A stretch of 64,000 nt of DNA. Origin: Escherichia coli. Its GTDB lineage: Bacteria; Pseudomonadota; Gammaproteobacteria; Enterobacterales; Enterobacteriaceae. Position 1 is the stretch's first letter; each line of letters begins with the position of its first letter. The position numbers were made by a program, and so were the translations under genes. Below, piece after piece: positions 10,356-22,214 of this stretch. The notes beneath the pieces are model-generated. The model made no database searches and was not told the origin of the DNA. It saw only the letters and a list, made by a program, of their open reading frames with translations. The stretch lies in the NCBI RefSeq assembly GCF_030013595.1, contig NZ_CP122768.1. One strand, 5' to 3'.

Positions 10356-11954
10356 ATGGTAACTCGGACAATGCAACAAAAGTATCAGTATGATCGTGTT
10401 TTATCCGGCGAACTCCACCCATTCCCTGGCATATACGAGGCGGTTTCCGAACAAATCCTTTTGCTCATTTTTAAAGCACGTCAACTATATCAGGATCCAG
10501 AATATCGCCCCTGGTTTGAAGAACAGCACAGAGTACTCTCTGCATTACGTGCCAATACAGAGCTCCTGAGAATCTTTAGAGAACAAAGAAGCGCTGAAGA
10601 ACCAAAGCTTACTATTGAAGAGTCTACCTCCCCCCAACCCACTCCTTCTGCTCTTACAGATGCGCTTAATGTGATGTGCCATTTATACAATGGTTTTGAT
10701 GAAGGAAATATCAGTCTGAAAACTTGGGGGGCGATGCAAGAGGTACAGACAACATCAACCTTTATCAGCCCAGGACCGAGAACCTGGAAAACACCTGAAC
10801 TGGCAAAGTTTGTAGGAGATGATTTATTTAATATTCTGACTGAATGTAAGGCCTGGAGTTCACCAATTCCAGCAGAAACCCGACAGGGGTATTGCCATCA
10901 GGATCTGTCTGTTGCACACTCCTGCACCTCAGAGTTACTGGCACACCTGAATCAATATCATGAAATTGATGAATCAGCAATACTTGCCAGAGTTATTGGT
11001 ATAACAGTTAACGGATTCTACAAGAAAAATAATACAGACCTTCCAGAATGGCTATCCCCCTTTAAAGAGGAACATAAAATATTCAGAGATTGTCCGGAGC
11101 AAAATACCGGGGATGTAATCAGACGGAAAGAACAACTGTTGAAAACAGGACGTACAGAATTCGTGAATAATTTGTGTCGGGTCGCCAACTGGTATGAAAT
11201 TGAGTCAATATACGATGAATACGTCCGTCTTTATGCCAATGAAATCATTGACTGGTTCAACAAAACCATGAAGTATTTTAAACCAACAGATTTTATCCGA
11301 TATACATGGAAATTCGCAACAGTTACTCCGGATAAAGATACAGAAACCGGGCATACAACTGCATGGGAAAAGGATTATTGCCAGATAACCATACAACGTG
11401 ATGAACTTCTGAGGTTGATTCACACCAATACCCTTCAGGATGCAGTAATTTATCTTTGTCATTGTCTACAGAAGGAATACAAGAAATCATCCCAAAATGA
11501 GATAGAGTTCCCAGGAATAAAACCTCCGACATCAGAGAGTAAAATTAATATAACAAATAATATTAAATTTCATTCTCTCCTGGAGCTCAGTAAAGATAAT
11601 GAGAAGCGTCTGGAAACATTTCAAAAATGGTATGAAAAAAATAAAGTTTTGTTAGAAAGTCATAAACAAAAACGAACAGAGAAGATTGACGTTGCCGTAC
11701 GACTTGTAGGGCTGAAAGCCTATGATCTGCATGAAGGGATTCCGGATAGTCCAAAACGAAAAGTTAAAGATGGCATAAATGAAGACATCAAAGCCGATAC
11801 CAGTTTACGCCTGTCAAAGACAAATATAAGTGATACGTCGCTAAACCGTTATCGCCGCACTGTTAAGGAGATTATCAATAACGAAATTGACGCATTCCTG
11901 TTGGAACAGAAGAAAAAAATAAAAGATTTCCCTACAGTGAAGATAGAGATGTGA
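10356..11954 (+). CDS. hypothetical protein, 532 aa, AT-rich island cargo gene; no recognisable domain
   Basis: Long ATG-initiated ORF with no stops in a visibly AT-rich block, preceded by ~670 bp of AT-rich non-coding DNA; lysine-rich C-terminal third. Confidence 0.6.
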   Translation: MVTRTMQQKYQYDRVLSGELHPFPGIYEAVSEQILLLIFKARQLYQDPEYRPWFEEQHRVLSALRANTELLRIFREQRSAEEPKLTIEESTSPQPTPSALTDALNVMCHLYNGFDEGNISLKTWGAMQEVQTTSTFISPGPRTWKTPELAKFVGDDLFNILTECKAWSSPIPAETRQGYCHQDLSVAHSCTSELLAHLNQYHEIDESAILARVIGITVNGFYKKNNTDLPEWLSPFKEEHKIFRDCPEQNTGDVIRRKEQLLKTGRTEFVNNLCRVANWYEIESIYDEYVRLYANEIIDWFNKTMKYFKPTDFIRYTWKFATVTPDKDTETGHTTAWEKDYCQITIQRDELLRLIHTNTLQDAVIYLCHCLQKEYKKSSQNEIEFPGIKPPTSESKINITNNIKFHSLLELSKDNEKRLETFQKWYEKNKVLLESHKQKRTEKIDVAVRLVGLKAYDLHEGIPDSPKRKVKDGINEDIKADTSLRLSKTNISDTSLNRYRRTVKEIINNEIDAFLLEQKKKIKDFPTVKIEM

Positions 11955-12078
11955 TTCGACCTTTATGGGGAAAATGCCTGACCGGGCAGTAGATCACAGA
12001 TGGGATAACATCCCGGTTATCCCCTGTTTGTTCTGCTTCAGGTTGCCAGAGCTCCAGGAACACGAGGCAATCGGCAAA

Positions 12079-12675
12079 TTATGCGGCTTTTCCATTAACA
12101 GATTCGGCCACAAGAACAACACCGTGTTTGTTTCGATCAGGATGTTCACTCCAGATTTCTGATTCAGGAATACTTTCCCCATCATAGCAGATCCGATCAC
12201 CATCAAACGGATAATACCGTGCGGAATCTGTATCTAAGATAAACACCTTAAGATTCGTTGAACGACGCGCTATATGCTGCCAGAGGGCTTTACCTCCTTC
12301 ATATTGCTCGTTATCACTTAATAGTATAACGCCTGCTTTTGTGGCTATTGTTTCATAAACAAACGTAGCAAGGCTAACATCACGTACAGCACCATCGACA
12401 ACAATCCCTTCAATCTGAGCAACGTCCTGTTCTTCCCAGAATTTCCGGACAAACACCCCTTCAAGCTGTGAACGACGCTGAAGCTCCAGAGTGGCAACAA
12501 CCTTATGGCGAATATCACCATCAATAACAGAAGGTGCAGCTTCGATTACCGCAGCGAACGGAGTCTTTGGATCCCAGATGATCTGGTAAAGCACACCCTG
12601 AATAGTTACTCCATCCAGTATCGAAAAACGACGAGCTACAGTAGCAGGGGAGTAAGACATTGGAATGACAGCCAT
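12079..12675 (-). CDS. hypothetical protein, 198 aa, adjacent to the tRNA 3' end
   Basis: ATG-initiated ORF convergent with the 532-aa gene; no recognisable motif; no clear Shine-Dalgarno upstream. Confidence 0.5.
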   Translation of the reverse strand: MAVIPMSYSPATVARRFSILDGVTIQGVLYQIIWDPKTPFAAVIEAAPSVIDGDIRHKVVATLELQRRSQLEGVFVRKFWEEQDVAQIEGIVVDGAVRDVSLATFVYETIATKAGVILLSDNEQYEGGKALWQHIARRSTNLKVFILDTDSARYYPFDGDRICYDGESIPESEIWSEHPDRNKHGVVLVAESVNGKAA

Positions 12676-12985
12676 TTTATGGCCTAAAATTTGAAAACAT
12701 CAGTATCAATACTGACCTCATCAGTCTGAGCATATATTGATAAAGTTTTTATGTTTACACTCAATAAATACCTTACCAAACAACTAATAGCGATGTCTAC
12801 ATTGCCATTCGACATGCTTACAATTTTTGTCAACAAGAAAGTGAATTTATATCAACGGTAAGAAGTAAACACGAGGACACCAAAACCAAATGTACACACT
12901 TTTGTGCTTTGTGTCCCCTGTGTGTACCCAAATGACAAACTGCAAGAAAATCTAGGCACACACTTATCTAACTTATTGATTTAAA

Positions 12986-13061
12986 TGGTGCCGATAATAG
13001 GAGTCGAACCTACGACCTTCGCATTACGAATGCGCTGCTCTACCAACTGAGCTATATCGGC
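12986..13061 (-). tRNA. thrW: tRNA-Thr (anticodon CGU), thrW-like; island integration site at its 3' end
   Basis: Reverse complement reads GCCGATATAGCTCAGTTGGTAGAGCAGCGCATTCGTAATGCGAAGGTCGTAGGTTCGACTCCTATTATCGGCACCA: cloverleaf-compatible, anticodon loop ttCGTaa, CCA end. Confidence 0.93.
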
Positions 13062-13175
13062 CCTGAAAGGACATGTTCACGAACGTGAATCACGGTGGAC
13101 AAGGTTAAAACTAACCGGGCGATGCGTCAATGGCCTTGTGAATCAAATGGCTACTTTTGCATCACCCGGTTTTAT

Positions 13176-14429
13176 TTACGCACGAATGGTGTAATCACCA
13201 ATGCCGATCCACTTGTAAGTGGTCAGTGCTTCCAGCCCCATTGGGCCACGCGCGTGGAGTTTTTGTGTGCTTACCGCCACTTCCGCACCCAGACCAAACT
13301 GGCCGCCATCGGTAAAACGCGTAGAGGCGTTAACGTAAACAGCGGACGAATCCACTTCGTTAACAAAACGCTGGGCGTTGCGCATATCGCGGGTCAGGAT
13401 CGCATCGGAGTGTTGTGTGCCGTGTTCACGAATATGGGCGATGGCATCGTCAAGATCGCTGACGATTTTAACGTTCAAATCTAATGACAGAAACTCATCG
13501 TCATACTCTTCGGCTTTAACAGCCACCACCTTCGCGGGGCCTGCCTGCAACTGCGCCAGCGCAGCTACATCTGCGTGTAATGCCACGCTGCTTTCCGCCA
13601 TTTGCTTGCTTAATGCGGGCAGGAAGCTATCGGCGATGTTTTTATTTACCAGCAACGTTTCTACCGTATTACATGTGCTCGGACGCTGAGTTTTTGCGTT
13701 GACGATTACTTTCAGGGCTTCAGCGATCTCTGCACTTTCATCAACGTAAATATGGCATACGCCTATACCGCCTGTGATCACTGGGATTGTCGACTGTTCG
13801 CGGCACAGCTTATGCAGGCCAGCGCCTCCACGCGGGATCAGCATGTCGATGTATTTATCCATACGCAGCATTTCACTGACCAGCGCACGGTCAGGATTAT
13901 CAATCGCCTGCACGGCACCCGCCGGTAAGCCGCAGGATTTCAGGGCGTCCTGAATCACCGCTACCGTTGCAGCGTTAGTGCGACAGGTTTCTTTGCCACC
14001 ACGCAGGATCACCGCGTTACCGGTTTTCAGGCACAGCGAAGCGACATCAACCGTCACGTTCGGGCGCGCTTCATAAATCACGCCAATAACCCCCAGCGGT
14101 ACGCGACGACGCTCAAGACGCAGGCCGCTGTCCAGTACGCCGCCATCGATTACCTGCCCCACCGGATCGGCGAGATTACACACCTGACGCACATCGTCGG
14201 CGATGCCTTTCAGCCGTGCGGGCGTCAGTGCCAGACGGTCAAGCATCGCTTCGCTAAGGCCATTGGCACGCGCGTCAGCAACATCCTGGGCGTTAGCGTT
14301 GAGGATGATTTCGCTTTGTGCTTCCAGTTCATCGGCGATTTTTTCCAGCACGCGATTTTTTTCGCGGCTGGAGAGTTGCGCTAATTTATACGAGGCTTGC
14401 TTCGCGGCAATGCCCATTTGTTCCAGCAT
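13176..14429 (-). CDS. proA: gamma-glutamyl phosphate reductase
   Basis: 417-aa ORF, recognised as E. coli ProA; followed by proB in conserved operon order. Confidence 0.95.
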   Translation of the reverse strand: MLEQMGIAAKQASYKLAQLSSREKNRVLEKIADELEAQSEIILNANAQDVADARANGLSEAMLDRLALTPARLKGIADDVRQVCNLADPVGQVIDGGVLDSGLRLERRRVPLGVIGVIYEARPNVTVDVASLCLKTGNAVILRGGKETCRTNAATVAVIQDALKSCGLPAGAVQAIDNPDRALVSEMLRMDKYIDMLIPRGGAGLHKLCREQSTIPVITGGIGVCHIYVDESAEIAEALKVIVNAKTQRPSTCNTVETLLVNKNIADSFLPALSKQMAESSVALHADVAALAQLQAGPAKVVAVKAEEYDDEFLSLDLNVKIVSDLDDAIAHIREHGTQHSDAILTRDMRNAQRFVNEVDSSAVYVNASTRFTDGGQFGLGAEVAVSTQKLHARGPMGLEALTTYKWIGIGDYTIRA

Positions 14430-14440
14430 CGGCCAGCTCC

Positions 14441-15544
14441 TTAACGGGTAATCATGTCATCACGGTGAACGGCAACCGGGCCATATTCATATCCCAGTAT
14501 TGCATCAATTTCTTGCGAGTGGTGTCCGGCAATGCGGCGTAACGAATCGCTGTTGTAACGACTGACGCCGTGAGCGATATCGCGACCTTCGAGGTTGCAA
14601 ATGCGGATGACTTCACCACGCGAGAAATTGCCAGTCACGCTTTTAATGCCTTTCGGCAACAGGGAGCTGCCGCGTTCAAGAATGGCGGCAGTTGCGCCTT
14701 CATCTACCGTGATTTCACCCGCCGGCGGCGCACCGAAAATCCAGCGTTTGCGGTTTTCAAGCGGAGTCGCCTGGGCATGGAACAACGTACCGACGGAGAT
14801 GCCTTCCATCACATCACCAATAACGCCCGGCTTGCTGCCCGCGGCAATAATGGTGTCGATACCCGCACGGCAAGCCACGTCCGCGGCCTGCAATTTGGTA
14901 CTCATGCCGCCAGTTCCGAGGCCTGAAACGCTGTCGCCAGCAATCGCTCGCAGTGCGTCATCAATGCCGTAAACATCTTTAATCAGTTCTGCCTGCGGAT
15001 TGCTGCGCGGGTCAGCGGTATACAAACCTTTTTGATCGGTCAGCAGCAACAGTTTATCGGCACCCGCCAGAATCGCCGCCAGCGCAGAAAGGTTATCGTT
15101 ATCGCCGACCTTAATCTCTGCAGTCGCGACAGCATCGTTCTCATTGATTACCGGAACGATATTGTTATCGAGCAACGCACGCAGGGTGTCGCGGGCGTTC
15201 AGGAAGCGTTCACGGTCTTCCATATCAGCACGGGTCAGCAGCATTTGCCCGACGTGAATGCCATAAATCGAAAACAGCTGTTCCCACAGTTGAATCAGTC
15301 GACTCTGCCCTACCGCCGCCAGCAGTTGTTTCGAGGCGATAGTCGCTGGCAGTTCTGGGTAACCCAGGTGCTCACGTCCGGCGGCAATCGCGCCCGACGT
15401 CACAATAACAATCCGATGCCCGGCGGCATGTAACTGCGCGCACTGGCGAACGAGTTCAACAATATGGGCACGGTTCAGGCGGCGCGATCCGCCTGTTAGC
15501 ACACTGGTGCCGAGTTTTACCACCAGCGTCTGGCTGTCACTCAT
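14441..15544 (-). CDS. proB: glutamate 5-kinase
   Basis: ORF 14441..15631 trimmed to the ATG giving [16 protein letters not shown]... (367 aa). Confidence 0.93.
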   Translation of the reverse strand: MSDSQTLVVKLGTSVLTGGSRRLNRAHIVELVRQCAQLHAAGHRIVIVTSGAIAAGREHLGYPELPATIASKQLLAAVGQSRLIQLWEQLFSIYGIHVGQMLLTRADMEDRERFLNARDTLRALLDNNIVPVINENDAVATAEIKVGDNDNLSALAAILAGADKLLLLTDQKGLYTADPRSNPQAELIKDVYGIDDALRAIAGDSVSGLGTGGMSTKLQAADVACRAGIDTIIAAGSKPGVIGDVMEGISVGTLFHAQATPLENRKRWIFGAPPAGEITVDEGATAAILERGSSLLPKGIKSVTGNFSRGEVIRICNLEGRDIAHGVSRYNSDSLRRIAGHHSQEIDAILGYEYGPVAVHRDDMITR

Positions 15545-15732
15545 GATTCTCTGCCATTCAATTTTAGGAAAAATGATATCAAACGAACGTTTTAGCAGGA
15601 CTGTCGTCGGTTGCCAACCATCTGCGAGCAAAGCATGGCGTTTTGTTGCGCGGGATCAGCAAGCGTAGCGGCAGTTGTTTACGCTTTTATTACAGATTTA
15701 ATAAATTACCACATTTTAAGAATATTATTAAT

Positions 15733-15750
15733 CTGTAATATATCTTTAAC
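15733..15750 (+). promoter_or_regulatory. Pho box (PhoB binding site) of the phoE promoter
   Basis: ctgtaatatatctttaac resembles the Pho box consensus CTGTCATA(A/T)A(T/A)CTGT(C/A)A(C/T), ~80 bp upstream of phoE. Confidence 0.55.
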
Positions 15751-15831
15751 AATCTCAGGTTAAAAACTTTCCTGTTTTCAACGGGACTCTCCCGCTGAAT
15801 ATTCGCGCGTTAATTAAAATCAGGAATGAAA

Positions 15832-16887
15832 ATGAAAAAGAGCACTCTGGCATTAGTGGTGATGGGCATTGTGGCATCTGCATCCGTACAGGCCGCAGAA
15901 ATATATAACAAAGACGGTAATAAACTGGATGTCTATGGCAAAGTTAAAGCCATGCATTATATGAGTGATAACGACAGTAAAGATGGCGACCAGAGTTATA
16001 TCCGTTTTGGTTTTAAAGGCGAAACACAAATTAACGATCAACTGACGGGTTATGGTCGTTGGGAAGCAGAGTTTGCCGGTAATAAAGCGGAGAGTGATAC
16101 TGCACAGCAAAAAACGCGTCTCGCTTTTGCCGGGTTGAAATATAAAGATTTGGGTTCTTTCGATTATGGTCGTAACCTGGGCGCGCTGTATGACGTGGAA
16201 GCCTGGACCGATATGTTCCCGGAATTTGGTGGCGACTCCTCGGCGCAGACCGACAACTTTATGACCAAACGCGCCAGCGGTCTGGCCACTTACCGTAACA
16301 CTGACTTCTTCGGCGTTATCGATGGCCTGAACTTAACCCTGCAATATCAAGGGAAAAACGAAAACCGCGACGTTAAAAAGCAAAACGGCGATGGCTTCGG
16401 TACGTCATTGACATATGACTTTGGTGGCAGCGATTTCGCCATCAGTGGGGCCTATACCAACTCCGATCGCACTAACGAGCAGAACCTGCAAAGCCGTGGC
16501 ACAGGCAAGCGTGCAGAAGCATGGGCAACAGGTCTGAAATACGATGCCAATAATATTTATCTGGCAACTTTCTATTCTGAAACACGCAAAATGACGCCAA
16601 TAACTGGCGGCTTTGCCAATAAGACACAGAACTTTGAAGCGGTCGCCCAATACCAGTTTGACTTTGGTCTGCGTCCGTCGCTGGGTTATGTCTTATCGAA
16701 AGGGAAAGATATTGAAGGCATCGGTGATGAAGATCTGGTCAACTATATCGATGTTGGTGCTACGTATTATTTCAACAAAAATATGTCGGCATTTGTTGAT
16801 TATAAAATAAACCAACTGGATAGCGATAATAAGCTGAACATCAATAATGATGATATTGTCGCGGTTGGCATGACCTATCAGTTTTAA
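15832..16887 (+). CDS. phoE: phosphate-starvation outer membrane porin PhoE
   Basis: [37 protein letters not shown]... with C-terminal ...VAVGMTYQF porin signature; second ATG of the ORF chosen. Confidence 0.93.
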   Translation: MKKSTLALVVMGIVASASVQAAEIYNKDGNKLDVYGKVKAMHYMSDNDSKDGDQSYIRFGFKGETQINDQLTGYGRWEAEFAGNKAESDTAQQKTRLAFAGLKYKDLGSFDYGRNLGALYDVEAWTDMFPEFGGDSSAQTDNFMTKRASGLATYRNTDFFGVIDGLNLTLQYQGKNENRDVKKQNGDGFGTSLTYDFGGSDFAISGAYTNSDRTNEQNLQSRGTGKRAEAWATGLKYDANNIYLATFYSETRKMTPITGGFANKTQNFEAVAQYQFDFGLRPSLGYVLSKGKDIEGIGDEDLVNYIDVGATYYFNKNMSAFVDYKINQLDSDNKLNINNDDIVAVGMTYQF

Positions 16888-16894
16888 TGGATAT

Positions 16895-16917
16895 TGCCGG
16901 ATGTGATGCATCCGGCA
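16895..16917. terminator. hairpin between convergent phoE and crl (probable bidirectional terminator)
   Basis: tgccggatgtgatgcatccggca palindrome immediately after the phoE stop. Confidence 0.55.
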
Positions 16918-16925
16918 CATTTCAC

Positions 16926-17384
<459 letters not shown>

Positions 17385-18629
17385 TTAACACAATCGTTTT
17401 TCGATCCAGTCGGTGATTTCCTGAAGACCTTTGTCAAAATTCCGATACACCGGGTTAAATGGGATCTCTAATAATTTACCGTCAGCAGATGATGAGGTGA
17501 TTAAGCGTGAGTCCTCTTCCGGGCTGAACGGATCGTTCTTCCAGTAGCCTGATAACATTGGCGTTGGGCAGCGACGTCCCAGCAATCCTTGCACTTTTAA
17601 TGAATAGCGATTCAGCTCCACGCGCAACGCTTCGTCGGAAGCATCATGCATCCCCAAACGGCTCGCCAGAACGTCAAGATACATTTCCGGCACCTGTTGC
17701 TGGCACTTAAAATCACTCAACAGGGTATGAACTACCGGACCAAGACAGGCAACCGCTTTCAGACGCGGCGATTCAAGGTATGCCAGACGTACGGCAACGT
17801 TAGCGCCGAAACGGAAACCAAAGGCCGCGACACGAGTGTGATCTACCCACGGAACGTTAGGCAGCGCCTTTAAAACGTGCTGATGCAACAGGCTGGAGTC
17901 CTGGGTGAGCTTCCATTTTGAAGAAAAGCCCACCGACGGCATATCAATAGTCAGCATCGCAATGCCGCGCGGCGCAAAATAACGTTCATACAGGCTGTAA
18001 TAGTCCGTCTGCATCGCATCCAGACCACCACACATTAATACTGTCGGGAACGGGCCATCACCTTTCGGCATATGCAAAAAGCCGGTGATGGGCGCACCGC
18101 CGGGTACGGTAAACTCCATCTGCCGCATCGTGCCCGGCAGACGCTGAGCGGCCTCTTCATAGGCGCGGTTTGACAAAGCTTGCGCTTGCTCGGCCAGGTC
18201 ATCTCCTTTCAGATGAGGATAGGCGGCAATGTTGTACAACGTAGCCGCATGCAGCCAGTGTCGACCACTGAGTTGCGGATCTTCTTCCGCACAGGCTTTT
18301 TGTTGCCACACCATCGCCTGGGTGGCCCACTCATAAATCCAGTTGCCGCCGCGGTAGCCAATCACCGTATCGTATAAATCATCGTCGGTACGTTCGGCAT
18401 CGCTCATCACAATACGCGCCTGGACGTCGAGGATTTCACGTGGGTCAATGCCGCGCCAGATCCACATCAAACGGTTAATCATGCGATACCAGTGAGGGAT
18501 GGTTTTACCATCAAGGGCCGACTGCACAGGCGGTTGTGCGCCGTGATTAAAGCGGCGAACTAGCGTCGAGGTTTCAGGATGTTTAAAGCGGGGTTTGAAC
18601 AGGGTTTCGCTCAGGTTTGCCTGTGTCAT
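17385..18629 (-). CDS. frsA: esterase FrsA (fermentation/respiration switch protein)
   Basis: 414-aa ORF recognised as FrsA; conserved position between crl and gpt. Confidence 0.92.
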
Positions 18630-18720
18630 GGATGCAGCCTCCAGAATACTTACTGGAAACTATTGTAACCTGCCTGAAGTTAAAAAGAACAACGCCCGGC
18701 AGTGCCAGGCGTTGAAAAGA

Positions 18721-19179
18721 TTAGCGACCGGAGATTGGCGGGACGAATACGACGCCCATATCCCACGGTTGTTCGATCCAGGTATCTTGCGGGATATCAA
18801 CAACATAATCATCAACCAGCGGACGACCGGCCGGTTTTGCGAAGATGGTGACAAAGTGCGCTTTTGGATACATTTCACGAATCGCAACCGCAGTACCACC
18901 GGTATCCACCAGGTCATCAATTACGATGAAGCCTTCGCCATCGCCTTCTGCGCGTTTCAGCACTTTAAGCTCGCGCTGGTTGTCGTGATCGTAGCTGGAA
19001 ATACAAACGGTATCGACATGACGAATACCCAGTTCACGCGCCAGTAACGCACCCGGTACCAGACCGCCACGGCTTACGGCAATAATGCCTTTCCATTGTT
19101 CAGAAGGCATCAGTCGGCTTGCGAGTTTACGTGCATGGATCTGCAACATGTCCCAGGTGACGATGTATTTTTCGCTCAT
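18721..19179 (-). CDS. gpt: xanthine-guanine phosphoribosyltransferase
   Basis: 152-aa [26 protein letters not shown]... with PRTase motif [14 protein letters not shown]. Confidence 0.93.
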
Positions 19180-19439
19180 GTGAAGTGTCCCAGCCTGTTT
19201 ATCTACGGCTTAAAAAGTGTTCGAGGGGAAAATAGGTTGCGCGAGATTATAGAGATCTGGCGCACTAAAAACCAGTATTTCACATGAGTCCGCGTCTTTT
19301 TACGCACTGCCTCTCCCTGACGCGGGATAAAGTGGTATTCTCAAACATATCTCGCAAGCCTGTCTTGTGTTGACAACATTTTCTGCTAACCCTGTGACCT
19401 GCAATACTGTTTTGCGGGTGATCGACAAGGAGACTTAAC

Positions 19440-20897
19440 GTGTCTGAACTGTCTCAATTATCTCCACAGCCGCTGTGGGATATTTTTGCCAAAATCTGTT
19501 CTATTCCTCACCCGTCCTATCATGAAGAGCAACTCGCTGAATACATTGTTGGTTGGGCAAAAGAGAAAGGTTTCCATGTCGAACGCGATCAGGTAGGTAA
19601 TATCCTGATTCGTAAACCTGCTACCGCAGGTATGGAAAATCGTAAACCGGTCGTCTTACAGGCCCACCTCGATATGGTGCCGCAGAAAAATAACGACACC
19701 GTGCATGACTTCACGAAAGATCCTATCCAGCCTTATATTGATGGTGAATGGGTTAAAGCGCGCGGCACCACGCTGGGTGCGGATAACGGCATTGGTATGG
19801 CCTCTGCACTGGCGGTTCTGGCTGACGAAAACGTGGTTCACGGCCCGCTGGAAGTGCTGCTGACCATGACCGAAGAAGCCGGTATGGACGGTGCGTTCGG
19901 CTTACAGAGCAACTGGTTGCAGGCTGATATTCTGATTAACACCGACTCCGAAGAAGAAGGTGAAATCTACATGGGTTGCGCGGGGGGTATCGACTTCACC
20001 TCCAACCTGCATTTAGATCGTGAAGCAGTTCCAGCTGGTTTTGAAACCTTCAAGTTAACCTTAAAAGGTCTGAAAGGCGGTCACTCCGGCGGTGAAATCC
20101 ACGTTGGCCTGGGTAATGCCAACAAACTGCTGGTGCGCTTCCTGGCGGGTCATGCAGAAGAACTGGACCTGCGCCTTATCGATTTCAACGGCGGCACACT
20201 GCGTAACGCCATCCCGCGTGAAGCCTTTGCGACCATTGCTGTCGCAGCTGATAAAGTCGACGCACTGAAATCTCTGGTGAATACCTATCAGGAGATCCTG
20301 AAAAACGAGCTGGCAGAGAAAGAGAAAAATCTGGCCTTGTTGCTGGACTCTGTTGCGAACGATAAAGCTGCCCTGATTGCGAAATCTCGCGATACCTTTA
20401 TTCGTCTGCTGAACGCCACCCCGAACGGTGTGATCCGCAACTCCGACGTGGCAAAAGGTGTGGTCGAAACCTCCCTGAACGTCGGTGTGGTGACCATGAC
20501 TGACAATAACGTAGAAATTCACTGCCTGATCCGTTCTCTGATCGACAGCGGTAAAGACTACGTGGTGAGCATGCTGGATTCGCTGGGTAAACTGGCTGGC
20601 GCGAAAACCGAAGCGAAAGGCGCATATCCTGGCTGGAAGCCGGACGCTAATTCTCCGGTGATGCATCTGGTACGTGAAACTTATCAGCGTCTGTTCAACA
20701 AGACGCCGAACATCCAGATTATCCACGCGGGCCTGGAATGTGGTCTGTTCAAAAAACCGTATCCGGAAATGGACATGGTTTCTATCGGGCCAACAATCAC
20801 CGGTCCACACTCTCCGGATGAGCAAGTTCATATCGAAAGCGTTGGTCATTACTGGACACTGCTGACTGAACTGCTGAAAGAAATTCCGACGAAGTAA
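19440..20897 (+). CDS. pepD: cytosol non-specific dipeptidase (aminoacyl-histidine dipeptidase)
   Basis: 485-aa ORF starting at GTG; VSELSQLSPQPLWDIFAKICSIPHPSYHEE... recognised as PepD. Confidence 0.92.
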   Translation: MSELSQLSPQPLWDIFAKICSIPHPSYHEEQLAEYIVGWAKEKGFHVERDQVGNILIRKPATAGMENRKPVVLQAHLDMVPQKNNDTVHDFTKDPIQPYIDGEWVKARGTTLGADNGIGMASALAVLADENVVHGPLEVLLTMTEEAGMDGAFGLQSNWLQADILINTDSEEEGEIYMGCAGGIDFTSNLHLDREAVPAGFETFKLTLKGLKGGHSGGEIHVGLGNANKLLVRFLAGHAEELDLRLIDFNGGTLRNAIPREAFATIAVAADKVDALKSLVNTYQEILKNELAEKEKNLALLLDSVANDKAALIAKSRDTFIRLLNATPNGVIRNSDVAKGVVETSLNVGVVTMTDNNVEIHCLIRSLIDSGKDYVVSMLDSLGKLAGAKTEAKGAYPGWKPDANSPVMHLVRETYQRLFNKTPNIQIIHAGLECGLFKKPYPEMDMVSIGPTITGPHSPDEQVHIESVGHYWTLLTELLKEIPTK

Positions 20898-20909
20898 TTA
20901 TTTGATTTG

Positions 20910-20941
20910 CTGCCGGATGGCGTTTAATCGTCTTCCGGCAG
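20910..20941. terminator. hairpin downstream of pepD
   Basis: ctgccggatggcg...cgtcttccggcag stem-loop right after the pepD stop. Confidence 0.45.
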
Positions 20942-20953
20942 TTTCATCCTTCA

Positions 20954-21508
20954 TTATCCTTCGATAAAAGCCATCCCTGTAAATGTCCGTCTCGGGTTGC
21001 CACGTTCAATCTGGTGATGGAACATTCGCCGCTGCGATTTCAGCACCGCGCTATTTTCCTGTTGCTGTTGTTCCAGCTTCCAGGCAATCAGCAATCGCGC
21101 CAGCAGCTTGTTAGCATGCCCAGAAACCAGTTTTTGCGCCCATGATGAGGCCGATACGGACTCGGACAAATCCACTGAATAGTGCCGCACCAACTTTCGC
21201 TTAATGCCCATGCGTTATCGCCATCCAGAGAAATCAGCGCCGAACGCAGCGTGTCAGAGTAGCGGCCCGTTTCTGTTTCCAGCACCGTTACCGCGACGTC
21301 TTGCCGGGTAAAAACGACCAACAGAGAATAACGCTGCGCCAATCGGGTAGCCGCGTCCGGGGTGTAAATCTGGCATCCCTACTACGCGCTGCATGTTGGG
21401 TAAATTTGCCGTGGTGTGTAATTGTTGAATCGCTAAACTCTCGATCCGCAGGTCATCAGATGCGATGGTAAATACCGCATCGGATAAGGGACGAATATAT
21501 TTGCCCAT
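20954..21508 (-). pseudogene. prfH: rtcB-like 5' fragment and prfH (release factor H) remnants, frameshifted
   Basis: 21254..21508 encodes an RtcB-like N-terminus (...[16 protein letters not shown]...); 20954..21342 encodes PrfH-like segments in two frames (...[51 protein letters not shown]). Confidence 0.65.
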
Positions 21509-21752
21509 GTATCATTCCATTTATACTCGTCATACTTCAAGTTGCATGTACTGCGACTCGAATTATTTAGAGTATATAAATATAAAAATCAGGAAATGGC
21601 AGACGAATCCAGGGCAAGAAAAAAGAATTAATCCTGGAAAGGTCTGCAAAGAGTCATTGATAAAGGATTTGTCATGATTTACCTCCTTGCAGTTTGTGGA
21701 ATAAGAAAACGCGCACATACCAGGCGGGTGTTATTTTCATTGCAAGCTGGAT

Positions 21753-22205
21753 TTAATGTTGCGGTTTATATCGCATAGAAAAATTAGTAAACCACGCTCC
21801 CCTGCATTCAACGCGCTGCTGCTTAACTGTCTGAAAACCATAACGTTCAAAAAAGGGTTTTGCGGTTATGCTGGCGTCCACCGTAAGTTCGGATTCAGAC
21901 TTAATCAAAGGTTTTAACAAAGCGCTGGCAACCCCACGGCGGGTGTATTCAGGGTCAACAAATAACATATCGATATAATGTTCAATGCGGGAAATAAAAC
22001 CAACCGGTTGTGCATTAATGATCGCAACCCACACTTGTGATTTCGCGAGTTTCTCCTTCCAGCGAGATTCGTCAATCTGCGCCCAGGCGGCAATTTGTTG
22101 TGGTGAATAATGCTGACTGGCGGTCATCGTAACCGCTCTAATGAAAATAGCGCATAGTTGCTGAAAATCGCCAGGCTGATAATCTCTTATTTGTATGTTA
22201 TTCAT
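21753..22205 (-). CDS. yafP: GNAT-family acetyltransferase YafP
   Basis: 150-aa ORF; last gene of the dinB-yafN-yafO-yafP arrangement. Confidence 0.85.
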   Translation of the reverse strand: MNNIQIRDYQPGDFQQLCAIFIRAVTMTASQHYSPQQIAAWAQIDESRWKEKLAKSQVWVAIINAQPVGFISRIEHYIDMLFVDPEYTRRGVASALLKPLIKSESELTVDASITAKPFFERYGFQTVKQQRVECRGAWFTNFSMRYKPQH

Positions 22206-22214
22206 AATATAAAT

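Noticed and set aside
12676-12985. Integrase or att-site partner next to the tRNA
   Set aside because: No ORF with tyrosine-recombinase features on either strand, and no second copy of the tRNA 3' end within the window; the other island boundary lies outside it.
15545-15631. N-terminal extension of the proB ORF ([11 protein letters not shown]...)
   Set aside because: The conserved ProB N-terminus begins at the internal ATG ([10 protein letters not shown]...); the extension is just open frame upstream.
20061-20849. 262-aa ORF on the minus strand
   Set aside because: Entirely antisense to pepD; typical shadow ORF in a GC-rich gene with no independent start context.
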